Shown one piece after another: positions 19,153 to 29,284 of a stretch of DNA of 64,000 nucleotides (position 1 is its first letter; the number at the start of each line of letters is the position of its first letter). The DNA is taken from IMG/VR virus record IMGVR_UViG_3300009177_000034, positions 5,374-69,373 of that record; one strand, given 5' to 3'. Under the pieces are notes generated by a model. It was not told the origin of the DNA. It worked only from the letters and a program-made list of their open reading frames with translations, and made no database searches. Made by a program: the position numbers and the translations under genes. This stretch comes from a virus.

Positions 19153-20648
19153 ACCACCTTGACCAGCAGCGGCCCCATCGGCTGGTAGCTCTTGGTCTCC
19201 AGGGTGCTGTCCACCAGGTTGCCGACGCCCGACTGGGTGCCCGCGTCCTCCCGCTTCTTGGTCAGCGTCGCCGAGCCCGTCAGGAAGCGGAGGGCGTCGT
19301 AGGCGTGCCCGGTCTCGGCGCTCTCGATCCGGTCCCAGGTGCGGCCCCCGGAGACGGAGACGTAGCCCCACGTCACGCTCTCCTCGCTCAGACAGAGCGG
19401 CTGGTTCTTGAGCGCGCCCGTGACGGGGTCCACGTCGGACGGCTCCCAGGTGAGCGTCTTGCGCGTCTCCCCGGTCTTTTCCGTGCGGCCGCCGAGGGGG
19501 CCCTGCTCGGCGGCGCGCCCGAACGTCTCCTTCACCTGGTCGAGCATGAGGTCGCCGGCCGTCCGGTAGGTCGTCGTCTCGATCACCGTGGCCAGCAGCG
19601 CGCCGTCCGTGCCGTAGGACTTGTTCTCCGACACCGTCACATACGTGGCCGAGCGGCGCGGGTCCAGCGGCGGCGGCCCGGGCTCCTCGGCCCAGGCCAG
19701 GGTGCCGTCGACGATGGTGACGCCCGCGCCCAGGGCCACGGGCTCGACGGCGCCGCTCGTGCCGGCCGTGTGCACGACGACAATCTGGTCCGTCGACAGG
19801 CGGAGGCGGTCCCCGACGGCGTAGGCCGTCAGCGGGGCCCACGGCAGCGGCTCGGCGACGGGCGCGACATCGGCGAGGAGCGGGCGCCCGTCCGGGCCCG
19901 CGCGCATCGGGGCCAGCGGCGCCGACGCGGCGGGCGTCGGGGGCGGCAGCGGGATGCCCCGCCGCGCCCCCGTCAGCGTCACCAGGCCGACCCGCGGCGT
20001 CCGGAACTTGTGGACCGTCAGCGCCCCGATGCGGCCCTCGCGCAGGGTGAACGTGTTGAACGCGGGCGCGACCGGGGCCAGGGTGCGCGGGCGGCACACG
20101 AGCACGCTGCCCTCCACGATCACGTCGACGCCCAGCGCCTCCGTCTGGTTCCAGGGTTCGACGAGGTCGCGCACCAGGTCCAGGCAGCGGCCGACGGCGT
20201 CGAAGCGGTCGCGGATGACGTAGTCGCGGCACTCCCACGCCAGCGTCAGGCCCGCGGCGGTGCAAATCTCGCGGGCCACGTCCGAGGCCCGGTAGTACCC
20301 GACCCGCTGCTCGACGGTGTTCGTCCCCGAGACCGTCGTCGCGGGGGCGCTCGCGAGGTACTGGACGGCGTAGGTGCGCTCCTGGAGGCGCCACATTTGG
20401 TCCCGCCCGGTCACGCGCGCGGTCAGGCCGTCCGGGTCCAGGGCCAGGTGGTAGTGGTCGACGCTGCCGCCCTCGATCAGGCGCACCAGGTAGGCCACGC
20501 CGTCGCGGAGGAAGCCGGCGTCGAGCGTCACGCGGTCCTGGGCGGAGGCCGCGCGGAACACGTCCGCCGTGGGCAGGTCCGCCGTGTAGGCGTCGGCGGG
20601 CAGGGCCAGCGAACTCTCGACGGTGAAGGCGCGCGGATGCAGGTCCAT
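19044..20648 (-). CDS. tail hub (Tal-like) protein, N-terminal part
   Basis: ADAYTADL..VTGRD..ASDVAREIC..AGL pattern; coding character lost after LLVKVV (~19155). Confidence 0.75.
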   Translation of the reverse strand: MDLHPRAFTVESSLALPADAYTADLPTADVFRAASAQDRVTLDAGFLRDGVAYLVRLIEGGSVDHYHLALDPDGLTARVTGRDQMWRLQERTYAVQYLASAPATTVSGTNTVEQRVGYYRASDVAREICTAAGLTLAWECRDYVIRDRFDAVGRCLDLVRDLVEPWNQTEALGVDVIVEGSVLVCRPRTLAPVAPAFNTFTLREGRIGALTVHKFRTPRVGLVTLTGARRGIPLPPPTPAASAPLAPMRAGPDGRPLLADVAPVAEPLPWAPLTAYAVGDRLRLSTDQIVVVHTAGTSGAVEPVALGAGVTIVDGTLAWAEEPGPPPLDPRRSATYVTVSENKSYGTDGALLATVIETTTYRTAGDLMLDQVKETFGRAAEQGPLGGRTEKTGETRKTLTWEPSDVDPVTGALKNQPLCLSEESVTWGYVSVSGGRTWDRIESAETGHAYDALRFLTGSATLTKKREDAGTQSGVGNLVDSTLETKSYQPMGPLLVKVVWRSWSPSRTPTCAGRRPGRWCSATRRWGRGSARAG

Positions 20649-21475
20649 CAGGGCCGCTTGGTGGCGACGGCCACGGGGTGCTGGAGGTCCTCATCGAACG
20701 CCTCGCGCAGGCGCCGGGGCAGCACCGCCCACGAGAGCCAGAGGGGCGGGATCGCGGGCGCGACGCGCCAGCCGAGCGGGAAGGAGCGGACGAAGCTGGT
20801 GGGCTGGACGGTCCAGGCCAGCGGGCACTCGACCGCGAAGGGGCTGTCGATGGCCCACGTGAGCCAGAACGTCGCCGGCGCCAGGCCCGCCCACTCCACC
20901 GGGGCCCCGACGGTCAGAGCGAGCGGGACCGCCGCGCCCGCCGCCTCCAGGGGGAGCGCGCTCAGCAGGCGTGGCGTGGCGAGGGCCTCCCACGCCAGGG
21001 CGGCCCCCGCGGCGCGCTGGCCGCCCCAGGCCAGGGGGGTCGTGGCGCGCTGGACGAGGGCCCCGGTCCAGGCCAGGGGCACCCGGGCGCCCGCCGTCAC
21101 CCCGCCGACGGCCTCGACCGGCAGCCCGGCCCCCGTGGCGACGAGGGCCACGACGCTGGCGTAGGCCAGCGGGAGCGTCACCGCCACGCCCACCGCGCCG
21201 CCCGACCCCAGGCCCAGCGTCGCGCGCAGGGCCAGCGCGCGGGTCCACTCGGTGGGGAGCGCGACGCGCGCGGCCAGCGACCCCAGGCTCGCCAGCGGGA
21301 GGGGCGCCCGCGCGGCGAGGCCGCCCGCCCAGGCCGCCGGCAACGCGGCCGTGACCCGCAGGGCGACGCCCGCCAGGCCCACGACGGGGGCGCCCTGATA
21401 CCAGGTCGAGAAGCCGGGGCTCCCCGAGACCAGGACGGGGGCCCCGCGATACCATGCCGCGAACGCGTCCGCCAC
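20648..21475 (-). CDS. minor tail protein with Ala/Leu/Pro/Trp pseudo-repeats
   Basis: AAGGAG RBS, GTG start, TGATG coupling. Confidence 0.65.
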   Translation of the reverse strand: MADAFAAWYRGAPVLVSGSPGFSTWYQGAPVVGLAGVALRVTAALPAAWAGGLAARAPLPLASLGSLAARVALPTEWTRALALRATLGLGSGGAVGVAVTLPLAYASVVALVATGAGLPVEAVGGVTAGARVPLAWTGALVQRATTPLAWGGQRAAGAALAWEALATPRLLSALPLEAAGAAVPLALTVGAPVEWAGLAPATFWLTWAIDSPFAVECPLAWTVQPTSFVRSFPLGWRVAPAIPPLWLSWAVLPRRLREAFDEDLQHPVAVATKRP

Positions 21476-21490
21476 GACGGGGGCGCTCCT

Positions 21491-22708
21491 TTACGTCACC
21501 GTGAGGTTGTCCCACCAGACGCGGAACTCCCCCTGCTGCCGCTTGAACCGATGGACGGCGACGGCCCCCGCCCGCCACGCCGTGAACGGCACCGTGATGG
21601 TCTGCCAGGCGGTCCCCGCCGCCGCGGCCACGGCCACGTCGGCCAGCAACCCGATGTCCGCGTTGGCCTTGACGAGCACCTGCGGCCGCAGCGCCGCGCC
21701 GGGGTCGGCCTCCAGGCGACAGTCCAGGGTCAGCGTCCGCGCGCCCGCGCTGACGCCCACGAGGATGCCCTCCAGCATGCCGTACTCGTATTGCACCTGG
21801 CTCGGGGGCGTCGGGTTGCCGGTGCTGTCGTCGCGCTGCGACTTGTTGATCCACTTGCCCTTCGGGTTCCCCGTCCAGGAGCCGATCCCCACGCTGGTGC
21901 CCCCGCCCGCGAACAGCCCGCCCGGATCGCCGTCCGGGTAGCCCGTGGGGCCCCCCGCGCTTTGCAGGAGCGGCAGCGTGTCGTTCATCCGCACGCCCCG
22001 CAGGCCCCCGCCGCATTGACAGGTGAGCGCCGCGTCGCGCGGCGGGTTGTCCGGCGTCGGGAGCGCGGCATCCACTTTCAATTCGAGGCCAATGGCGCAC
22101 GTGATCCCGGAGGTGCCAAAGGTGCCCGTCGGGCTCAGGTCGAGCGTGGCATGCGCGCGGAACATCGCGCCGAGTGACAGCCCCACACCCGCAATGACCG
22201 GCAGCGCCGCCCAGCCGGCCGTGCTATTCGTCCACGTGGCGCTCACGTTGTCCAGCGCCGCGAGGATGGCCACGTTGCGGGCGGCGCCGACCGCCGCCAG
22301 CGTCACCGTCGGCGCCGTCGTCGCCGCTTGCGTCGTGCTCACCGCCTGCACCACGCCCTGGTTGGTCGTCTGGTCGAGGGTCAACGGCGCCCGCAGCACG
22401 GCCAGATTCGCGATGGTTTGCGCGACCCCGCCAAAGTCCGCCGTCAGCACACCCGCCGCCGCCGAGGCCGCGACCCCACGAAACGCGGTCAGGCGATGCC
22501 CCGCTGCCGCACTGGCGCGCGTGGCGATCTGCGTCCACGTCACGTTGAGCCCGTTCGTCCCCGTCAGCGTCGGGGTCCCCGCCGCCGCGACCGCATTCGC
22601 GACAAAGACGAGGTACAGCGCCCCGCTCACGGGTGTGATGCTGTTGCTGGCGAGCGTGGTCCCGCTCCCGGTTTGCGTGTCGACCTGGACCGGAAACGTC
22701 GCCGCCAT
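21491..22708 (-). CDS. minor tail / receptor-binding protein
   Basis: 405 aa, Thr/Ala-rich beta protein. Confidence 0.7.
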   Translation of the reverse strand: MAATFPVQVDTQTGSGTTLASNSITPVSGALYLVFVANAVAAAGTPTLTGTNGLNVTWTQIATRASAAAGHRLTAFRGVAASAAAGVLTADFGGVAQTIANLAVLRAPLTLDQTTNQGVVQAVSTTQAATTAPTVTLAAVGAARNVAILAALDNVSATWTNSTAGWAALPVIAGVGLSLGAMFRAHATLDLSPTGTFGTSGITCAIGLELKVDAALPTPDNPPRDAALTCQCGGGLRGVRMNDTLPLLQSAGGPTGYPDGDPGGLFAGGGTSVGIGSWTGNPKGKWINKSQRDDSTGNPTPPSQVQYEYGMLEGILVGVSAGARTLTLDCRLEADPGAALRPQVLVKANADIGLLADVAVAAAAGTAWQTITVPFTAWRAGAVAVHRFKRQQGEFRVWWDNLTVT

Positions 22709-24058
22709 TCAATTCGTGTCCCAGGTGTTGCTCGTTTCAAGCACGACGACGCTATTCGCGGCCCCGGCGTTATCGGCCACGGCCTTGACCACGACAAACG
22801 TCTTGCCCGCGTACACCCCGGACCCCGAGAAGGTGTCCCCGTCGGTGAAGTTGGCGATGGCGTGCAACGGATACCAGAACCCGCGCAGCCGCCCGCGAAG
22901 GGTCGCCGACGCCTCGTTGATCCACACCGGGCTCAGCCAGAGCCCGCCATCGGCCCCGTTCGGAAACTGGACCGTGCCATTCATCGAAGTCCCACTAGAG
23001 GACTTGGCCACGTCGCCGGTGAAGCCGACGGAGATGCCCCCCCCCAGGCCGGTATACGCGCGATCCATATACTTCCCGGCCTGAACCTGCGTCATCGTAC
23101 TGTGAAGGACCGCGAGGCACTGGGCCGAGGTCGCGGAGTTTTCGGTGGCCTGGCCCGCCACGATGTTGCGGTAGCTGTCGTTCGGCACCAGACTGTAAAT
23201 GTCCCCGAAGGCGTGCCCGTAGTAGCGACCGGCCAAGTCCCCCGAGGAGATGAACAGGTAGCACGTCCGGTCGTCGGCCAGGATCGTGTAGGCCCGCGCC
23301 GTGGCATCCGTCGGCGTCGCAACGGACTTGCGAATGAACGTCAGCGCCGTCGTGGGAAACGGCCCGGTCCCTGTCGACAGCGCGCTCATGGTTTCGTAGC
23401 CGACCAGGCGCGCCTCCTTGGTCGTCCCCGCGCCAGGGCCGTTGTCGTTGATCTCAAAGAACACGAGATTGCCGCCGCCCTGCTGATAGGCGCAAATGTT
23501 CCCGGTGGGGCCATACGCCTGCGTCCAGCCGGTGATAGTCGCGTACTGCACCAGCGGGTTCGTCGTCCAGGACCCGGCGGTGAAGCGCACGCGCACCCAG
23601 TAGACGGTGACGCTGTTGACGGCGCGCGTGGCCCAGTCGCTCGGGATCGTCCACGTGACCGAGCCGTCCGCCGTGAGCCCCGTGGTTCCGTCGGCCACGG
23701 TGAGCGCGGTCCACGCGGTGCCGTTCCAGTACTCCCACGCCAGCGTCACCGCCGCGTTCTGGACCCCGGGCGTCGCGAGCTTGAGCTTGAGCCGGTCAAA
23801 GCGGGACGACAGCCCAAAGTAGGCTTCGTCCACCGTCACGGTCGGGCCCTGGAACAGCGCGAACGTCCCCGCGTTCGCCGCCGTGGCCTGGCTGCGCGCC
23901 TTGAGGGTGTGGTCGACGAACGCCGCCCCGGAGACCGCCGTGAACAGCGAATTGATGATGAGGCACCCGTTCAACGCCGTCAGCAGCGTCCCCGCCGTGG
24001 ACGACGGGCCCGCCGGCGCCCCGGTATCCGTCGAGCGAAACAGGATCGGCGAGGGCAT
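22709..24058 (-). CDS. minor tail protein
   Basis: STDTGAP..GTLLTALNGCLI..GWT N-terminus; inserted WEYWNGTAW..DGT domain. Confidence 0.75.
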   Translation of the reverse strand: MPSPILFRSTDTGAPAGPSSTAGTLLTALNGCLIINSLFTAVSGAAFVDHTLKARSQATAANAGTFALFQGPTVTVDEAYFGLSSRFDRLKLKLATPGVQNAAVTLAWEYWNGTAWTALTVADGTTGLTADGSVTWTIPSDWATRAVNSVTVYWVRVRFTAGSWTTNPLVQYATITGWTQAYGPTGNICAYQQGGGNLVFFEINDNGPGAGTTKEARLVGYETMSALSTGTGPFPTTALTFIRKSVATPTDATARAYTILADDRTCYLFISSGDLAGRYYGHAFGDIYSLVPNDSYRNIVAGQATENSATSAQCLAVLHSTMTQVQAGKYMDRAYTGLGGGISVGFTGDVAKSSSGTSMNGTVQFPNGADGGLWLSPVWINEASATLRGRLRGFWYPLHAIANFTDGDTFSGSGVYAGKTFVVVKAVADNAGAANSVVVLETSNTWDTN

Positions 24059-24061
24059 CGC

Positions 24062-25042
24062 CTACACCGTCGTCCCGGCCAGGGCCAGCGACCAGGTCGT
24101 GTTCAGCGCGGGGGCGCCGGCCGCGAGGGCGAGCTTGATCCAGACGCCGACCGCCTCGCCCGCCGCGAGTTGCGCGCCCGCGGGGGTCTGGGCCGCGGAC
24201 GAGAACGTCCCCACGCCGCTCGCCAGCGCGACCAGGCGCGTGTTGGCGCCGTTGGTGCCCGTGCCGTCGTTCGTGGTCTCCAGCGTGAACGTCACCAGCG
24301 TGGACGGGTCCGCGCTCTCCGTGACCGTCGCCCCGAGCAGGGCGAGCGTGGCATGGCAGTTCTTGAAAAACACCTTCTCGTGCAGCGCCCGCGCCGCCCC
24401 GCCGGGCGCGTCGGCGGCGGCGCCGTAGAAGATGCGGCGGACCGTCAGCGCCTCGTTCGGGGCCTTCTCGAAGAAGAACCCCTCGGCGAGGCGGAACGTG
24501 CTGGTCGCATCTGGCGGGGTCGTCCAGGCGCTGCTCACCGTGGCGAGCCGCGCGGGGCCACCGTAGCCGATGACCTGGCGCACCTGCCCGGCGCCCGTGC
24601 CGCCCGTGAGGCGGATGATCTGCCCGCGGTAGGCGTCGTCGACGGCCGAGGCGCCCGCGTCGAGCGTGATGTCGGCGGCGCTCCCCGCCGTCGCCGTGTT
24701 GCTCCGGACCGCCGTCTGATTCTCGACGGCCACGTTCCCCGCGCACGTCCCGCTTTTCACCGCCTTGAGGAGCCGCTCCATCGTCGCCGTGTAGACGACC
24801 GGCGTCAGCCCGGTCAGGGTTTTGACCTCGGTCTGGAGCGCCCCGCCCGCGTCCCGATAGGTGACGGTGACGGTGGGGGTGGTGTCGGCCGCGCTGTCGC
24901 TGACAAGTTGGACGCTGCCGCTCACGTCGACGAACACCACGCGCACGCCCAGCGCGATGGCCCCGCCGATGGCGGTCGTCACGTCGTCCTCGGGCATGAC
25001 AGCCGAGCCATAGAGGCGGAGGTCGCGGAGAAGAATGCTCAT
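24062..25042 (-). CDS. minor tail protein
   Basis: AAGGAG RBS; ITLDAGASAVDDAY.G..I..GTGAGQVR.I..Y insert domain. Confidence 0.75.
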   Translation of the reverse strand: MSILLRDLRLYGSAVMPEDDVTTAIGGAIALGVRVVFVDVSGSVQLVSDSAADTTPTVTVTYRDAGGALQTEVKTLTGLTPVVYTATMERLLKAVKSGTCAGNVAVENQTAVRSNTATAGSAADITLDAGASAVDDAYRGQIIRLTGGTGAGQVRQVIGYGGPARLATVSSAWTTPPDATSTFRLAEGFFFEKAPNEALTVRRIFYGAAADAPGGAARALHEKVFFKNCHATLALLGATVTESADPSTLVTFTLETTNDGTGTNGANTRLVALASGVGTFSSAAQTPAGAQLAAGEAVGVWIKLALAAGAPALNTTWSLALAGTTV

Positions 25043-25076
25043 GGGCGGGGCTCCTTGTGGCGGCGCGCGGCGCCGC

Positions 25077-25808
25077 TCATTCGACAAACTCGATGGCGGC
25101 CAGGCGCGGATTGTAGCGGGCGTCGGCCGCGGCGGGGGCCACGCGCCCGATCCACAGGAACGCCCACCCGCCCGGCGGCACGGCCCCGAGCAGGACCGGG
25201 TTGCGCGACAGCGTCCCGCTGACACCGTAGGTCGGGGCGGCGCCCCCGGTGGTGTTCGCGGCGGGCGGCACGCCGGCGGTGGCCGCGCTGCCGTCGTCCT
25301 CGACGGTGACGCTGCCGCTCCCCGCGGGGGCGGCGATCAGCGTGGCCCCGCTGTAGGTCCCCGGCGCCAGGGTGCGGTAGAGGCGGTAGCCCGACGCCCC
25401 CGGCACGGCGGCCCAGGTCCAGGTGATCACCTTCGTCGGGTCGTCCAGCGACACCGACACCTCGCCGCTGGCGACCGTCTCGCCCGCCCCGTTGAGGGCC
25501 GTGACGACGGCGCCCACCAGGGCCACGGCGGCCCAGACGCCCCCCGCGCCCGTCGCCGACAGGACGGCCCCGAGGCCCGTCGGGGGCGACAGCGTCCCGG
25601 TGTCGAGGCCGATCCGCAACTGGCTCGCCCCGTCGTTGAGGCCCGTGGCCTTGATGCGCGCCTGCCAGGTCGACGGCCACGCCTCGTCGCCCGTGTTGCG
25701 GATGCCGAGCTTGAACGGCGTGTCGGTGCTGCCGCCGAGCAGTTCGGGGAGTTCCTTCCCGGGGATCGGCGTGCCGCCGTCGCTGTCGTAGAACGTGGCG
25801 TTTCGCAT
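25077..25808 (-). CDS. minor tail protein with Fn3-like insert
   Basis: VTALNGAGET.AS..TWAAVPGASGYRLYR. Confidence 0.72.
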   Translation of the reverse strand: MRNATFYDSDGGTPIPGKELPELLGGSTDTPFKLGIRNTGDEAWPSTWQARIKATGLNDGASQLRIGLDTGTLSPPTGLGAVLSATGAGGVWAAVALVGAVVTALNGAGETVASGEVSVSLDDPTKVITWTWAAVPGASGYRLYRTLAPGTYSGATLIAAPAGSGSVTVEDDGSAATAGVPPAANTTGGAAPTYGVSGTLSRNPVLLGAVPPGGWAFLWIGRVAPAAADARYNPRLAAIEFVE

Positions 25809-25914
25809 CAGCGTGTCTCCGCGCTAGGATGCATCGGCCTATGCCCGCCCGCCAAGGAACGCCGTCGACGGGTTGGACGCGAGCGCGGAAGGACCGAATC
25901 GGCGCCTCCAAAAC

Positions 25915-27207
25915 TCAACGTGGCCACCGCTGGCCTCCCATGTGAGCGTAGCGGTCTTTCAGGCAGATGAGATGGGCCTCGATGTAGGGGCACGCGTTGT
26001 CGCGGTGCCACTGGGACGGGTAGATCTCCTGCACGCGACTCTCCGCGAAGCGCGCGGTCAGCGCGGGCACATACCTGGCGAACGCTGGGTCTGTCACGTA
26101 CAGGAAGCTGTTCTTCACGTAGTACGCGCAATGGGTCGGGTCCTGGAACGCCCCCTGCCCGAGCGCGGACGGCGTCATTGACAGGAACCATCCGCCGGGC
26201 GCGAGCACGCGCCACGCCTCGTTGAAAACGTGGATCTTGTCAGGAATGTGCTCCAGCGCGTCGTGGGCCCGGAGCACCCCCACGCTGCTGTCCGCCAGCG
26301 GCCAGCGGCCGCGCAGGTCGGCGACGATGCCACCCGGCGTCGGGGTCACATCGAGCGGCACGAAGCCCGGCGCCGGGTCCAGGCCCCCGCACAGGTCGAC
26401 GCAGGCCAGGCCCGCGTCGCGCGCGCCCTTGACGGCCAGCGGCCAGACGTGGCGGTTGTAGACGGCCTCCGTCCACTGCCGGATCTCGGCGTTCCGCGTC
26501 GCCACCGCGTTGCCGCCGTGCACCCGGTACAGGTAGAGCGGGCGCGGGATGCGCTCGATGCGCTGGCCCGCCAGGTAGCCGCGGCACAGGAGGTCGTGGT
26601 CGTCGGCGAAGGGCAGGGCGCGGTCGTGGCCGCCGACGGCGGCGTAGGCGGCGCGCGTCCAGGCGCGGACGTGGTTCGGCGCCCAGTCGACGTAGCGGAG
26701 GTTCTGGGGCGTCACCGGCGGCGCCGCCATCGCGACGAGCGCATGCCCCGCGTACGTCATGGGATAGGACGCCCACCCGAAGTCCGCGCTGTAGGTGTTC
26801 GGGGCCCAGGTGCCGTGGTGGAACTCGGCGAAGTCGCTGTAGACCACGTCCGCCCCCGCGCCGAGGGCGGCCACCACGTCCGCGAGGGCGTCGGGCGTCA
26901 GCAGGTCGTCGGCGTCGAGTTCCAGGAAGATCGCGCCCGCCGCCTGCTGACAGCAGGCCTGCTTGAGGGCGCCGACCCCCTGGAGGTCGGGCGGCGCCGG
27001 CCAGGTCCGCACGCGCGCGTCGCGCGTGATCTCGGCGGGCAGCACGCCGCCGTGGTTGGTCAGGACCAGCCACTCCCAGTGCGCGTAGGTCTGGCGGCGG
27101 AGCGACTGCCAGGCCTCGGCCACGAAGGCGTTCCCCGCGGCGTGGAGCGGGGTGATCACCGACACGAGCGGGCCGGCGGGCCGCGTCCCGTTGCGCCGCG
27201 CGCCCAT
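25915..27207 (-). CDS. GT2 glycosyltransferase fused to a SAM methyltransferase-like domain
   Basis: VSVITP..LELDADD (DxD)..DDHDL..LYLYRVH, then DLCGG..DL..WPLADSSV..HDALEH..RVLAPGG. Confidence 0.88.
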   Translation of the reverse strand: MGARRNGTRPAGPLVSVITPLHAAGNAFVAEAWQSLRRQTYAHWEWLVLTNHGGVLPAEITRDARVRTWPAPPDLQGVGALKQACCQQAAGAIFLELDADDLLTPDALADVVAALGAGADVVYSDFAEFHHGTWAPNTYSADFGWASYPMTYAGHALVAMAAPPVTPQNLRYVDWAPNHVRAWTRAAYAAVGGHDRALPFADDHDLLCRGYLAGQRIERIPRPLYLYRVHGGNAVATRNAEIRQWTEAVYNRHVWPLAVKGARDAGLACVDLCGGLDPAPGFVPLDVTPTPGGIVADLRGRWPLADSSVGVLRAHDALEHIPDKIHVFNEAWRVLAPGGWFLSMTPSALGQGAFQDPTHCAYYVKNSFLYVTDPAFARYVPALTARFAESRVQEIYPSQWHRDNACPYIEAHLICLKDRYAHMGGQRWPR

Positions 27208-27326
27208 CAGGCGCCACCCCCGGCCGCGAGGGCCGCGTCGAGGGCGGCGCGATGCGGGACGGCCCGCGGCGGCGTCCCGGGCCACGGCTGGGGCGCGACC
27301 GAGGCCAAGGGGACCGGCTCGGGCAT
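27207..27326 (-). CDS. 39-aa peptide
   Basis: GGAGG RBS and TGATG coupling to the glycosyltransferase gene. Confidence 0.4.
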   Translation of the reverse strand: MPEPVPLASVAPQPWPGTPPRAVPHRAALDAALAAGGGA

Positions 27327-27344
27327 CGTGGGGTGTCCTCCCTT

Positions 27345-29252
27345 TTACGGCGCGCGGAACGCGAGCATCGTCGACACGATTTGGGTGATGTCGCTCGTCG
27401 CCGCGCCCTGGCCGGTGAACTTGACCGTCGTCGTGCTCGTCCAGTCAATCCCCGTCAACGCGGTCTGCCCGATGACGCGCTCCAGCGCGTTCGCGCCGCT
27501 CAGGCTTCGGAACACCGTCCCGAACACGCGCGCGCTCGTCGCGCCCACGTAGACGATCCGGACATCAACGAGGAGAAACCCGTTCGCAGGCGCCGTCGTC
27601 ACCGTGTTCAGCACAATCTCCGTGCCGCCGACGACGAGCTTCATCGTTTTTGTGTTCGCGTTGTTCGCGACCTGGAGATTCGCCACGACGTGCAGCCCGC
27701 TATCGGTCACGAGCGTGTTCGCCGGGACCGTCCAGGTATGCAGCGTCGTTTCGACGGTCGTCCCGTTCGCCACGCTCGCGCCAGAGATGTACCCCCGCGT
27801 CGTGACCGTGATCGCGGGGTCGGCGCCCGAGATGACGATGCCGCCCGCGCCGGTCAGGACCACGGGCGGATGATCCAGCGTCGTCCCGGTCATCGTCAGG
27901 CCCGTCCCGAGCGTGATCTCCTGCGGGTCGCCCGCCCCCCCGGCGCTGCCGCGGCCGAGGAGCTTACTCGCCGCCGAGACATCCTGGATCTTGGCATACG
28001 TGACCGTGTTACTCGGGATCTGGCTCGCGGCGATTGAGTCCGTCAGCCCCGAGAATAACGTCGTGCCGGCGCCCCCCTGCGGCCCGGTCAACCCCTGCGG
28101 GCCCTGCGCGCCCGTGGCGCCCGCCGCCCCCTGAGCGCCCTGCGGGCCCGTCGCGCCCACGACGCCCTGGGCTCCCTGAGCGCCGGGGCTGCCGGTCGTG
28201 CCGGTGGCCCCCTGCGGCCCCGCGGCGCCTTGCGCGCCCGTGGCGCCCGCGTCGCCCTGGGAACCCGCCGCCCCCGCCGCGCCTTGCGGACCCGCCGTGC
28301 CCTGCGCGCCCGTGGCCCCCTGAGGGCCGGCGGCGCCCTGGGGGCCCTGGGGGCCGGTGCTCCCGGTCGTGCCGGTCGCGCCCTGCGCCCCGGTCGCGCC
28401 CGCGTCCCCCTGCGGCCCCGCGGCGCCGACCGCACCCTGTGGGCCTTGCGGGCCCGTCGCGCCCGTGGCCCCGAGGGCGCCCTGCGCGCCGGTCGCCCCG
28501 GCCGCGCCCTGGGGGCCCGTCGACCCCACGGCGCCCTGCGGCCCGGCGACGCCCTGGGTGCCCTGCGCGCCCGCGCTGCCGACGCTCCCGGGTGCGCCCT
28601 GCGGACCCGCCGCCCCCTGGGCACCCGCCGCGCCGCCGGCCCCCTGCGGGCCGGTGCCGCCTGGCCCCCCCTGCGGTCCCGCCGTCCCCTGCGGACCCTG
28701 GGCGCCGCCGCCCTCGCCGTCGCCGCCCCCGCTGGCGCCCTGCGGCCCCTGCGCGCCGGGCGACCCTTGCGGCCCCTGCGGGCCGGGCGGGGGCACGGGC
28801 GGCGTCCAGGCCAGGGCGGCCAGCGGCACCGTGCCCGTGTAGTCCTGGCCGCGGAGGACGGCAATCGCCAGGATCTCCAGGTCCAGCGTGTACTCGTAGA
28901 GTTCGGGCATGCCCCGCGCCTTGACAGGGCTCCACGTCTCGATGCGGACCGTGCAGTCGTTGCCCTCGCTGTCCTGGAGGCGCCAGGCCTCGCCGCGGAG
29001 CGCGTCGTTCCAGTCCATGTCACGGACCACGTCGACGTTGAGCCACTGCGTTCCCGACTCCAGGTGGATGACGGCGTCGCGCGCGTGCTTGCCGAACTCC
29101 TGCGTCGTGACGCTCCCGCCGAGGCCCCGGTACTTCGCCTGCCGCTTCGGCCACACGAAGCCGTAGCTCGTCGGGTCCGTCGTCAGCGTGACGGAGCGGC
29201 CCAGGGTGCCGAGGGCGGTCAGGATCACGGTGCCGCGGGTGGGGATGGCCAC
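27345..29252 (-). CDS. distal-tail-like protein fused to a collagen-like fibre
   Basis: first structural gene after the tape measure; long Gly-X-Y tract; beta-rich C-terminus. Confidence 0.8.
   Translation of the reverse strand: MAIPTRGTVILTALGTLGRSVTLTTDPTSYGFVWPKRQAKYRGLGGSVTTQEFGKHARDAVIHLESGTQWLNVDVVRDMDWNDALRGEAWRLQDSEGNDCTVRIETWSPVKARGMPELYEYTLDLEILAIAVLRGQDYTGTVPLAALAWTPPVPPPGPQGPQGSPGAQGPQGASGGGDGEGGGAQGPQGTAGPQGGPGGTGPQGAGGAAGAQGAAGPQGAPGSVGSAGAQGTQGVAGPQGAVGSTGPQGAAGATGAQGALGATGATGPQGPQGAVGAAGPQGDAGATGAQGATGTTGSTGPQGPQGAAGPQGATGAQGTAGPQGAAGAAGSQGDAGATGAQGAAGPQGATGTTGSPGAQGAQGVVGATGPQGAQGAAGATGAQGPQGLTGPQGGAGTTLFSGLTDSIAASQIPSNTVTYAKIQDVSAASKLLGRGSAGGAGDPQEITLGTGLTMTGTTLDHPPVVLTGAGGIVISGADPAITVTTRGYISGASVANGTTVETTLHTWTVPANTLVTDSGLHVVANLQVANNANTKTMKLVVGGTEIVLNTVTTAPANGFLLVDVRIVYVGATSARVFGTVFRSLSGANALERVIGQTALTGIDWTSTTTVKFTGQGAATSDITQIVSTMLAFRAP
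28060..28790 (-). repeat. collagen Gly-X-Y repeat
   Basis: [12 protein letters not shown] triplets. Confidence 0.95.
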
Positions 29253-29284
29253 TAAGACCGTGCCTCCTGCGCTAGGATGCGGCC

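Noticed and set aside
28060-28790. Collagen tract as a novel DNA repeat
   Set aside because: Ordinary Gly-X-Y coding repeat, common in phage fibres
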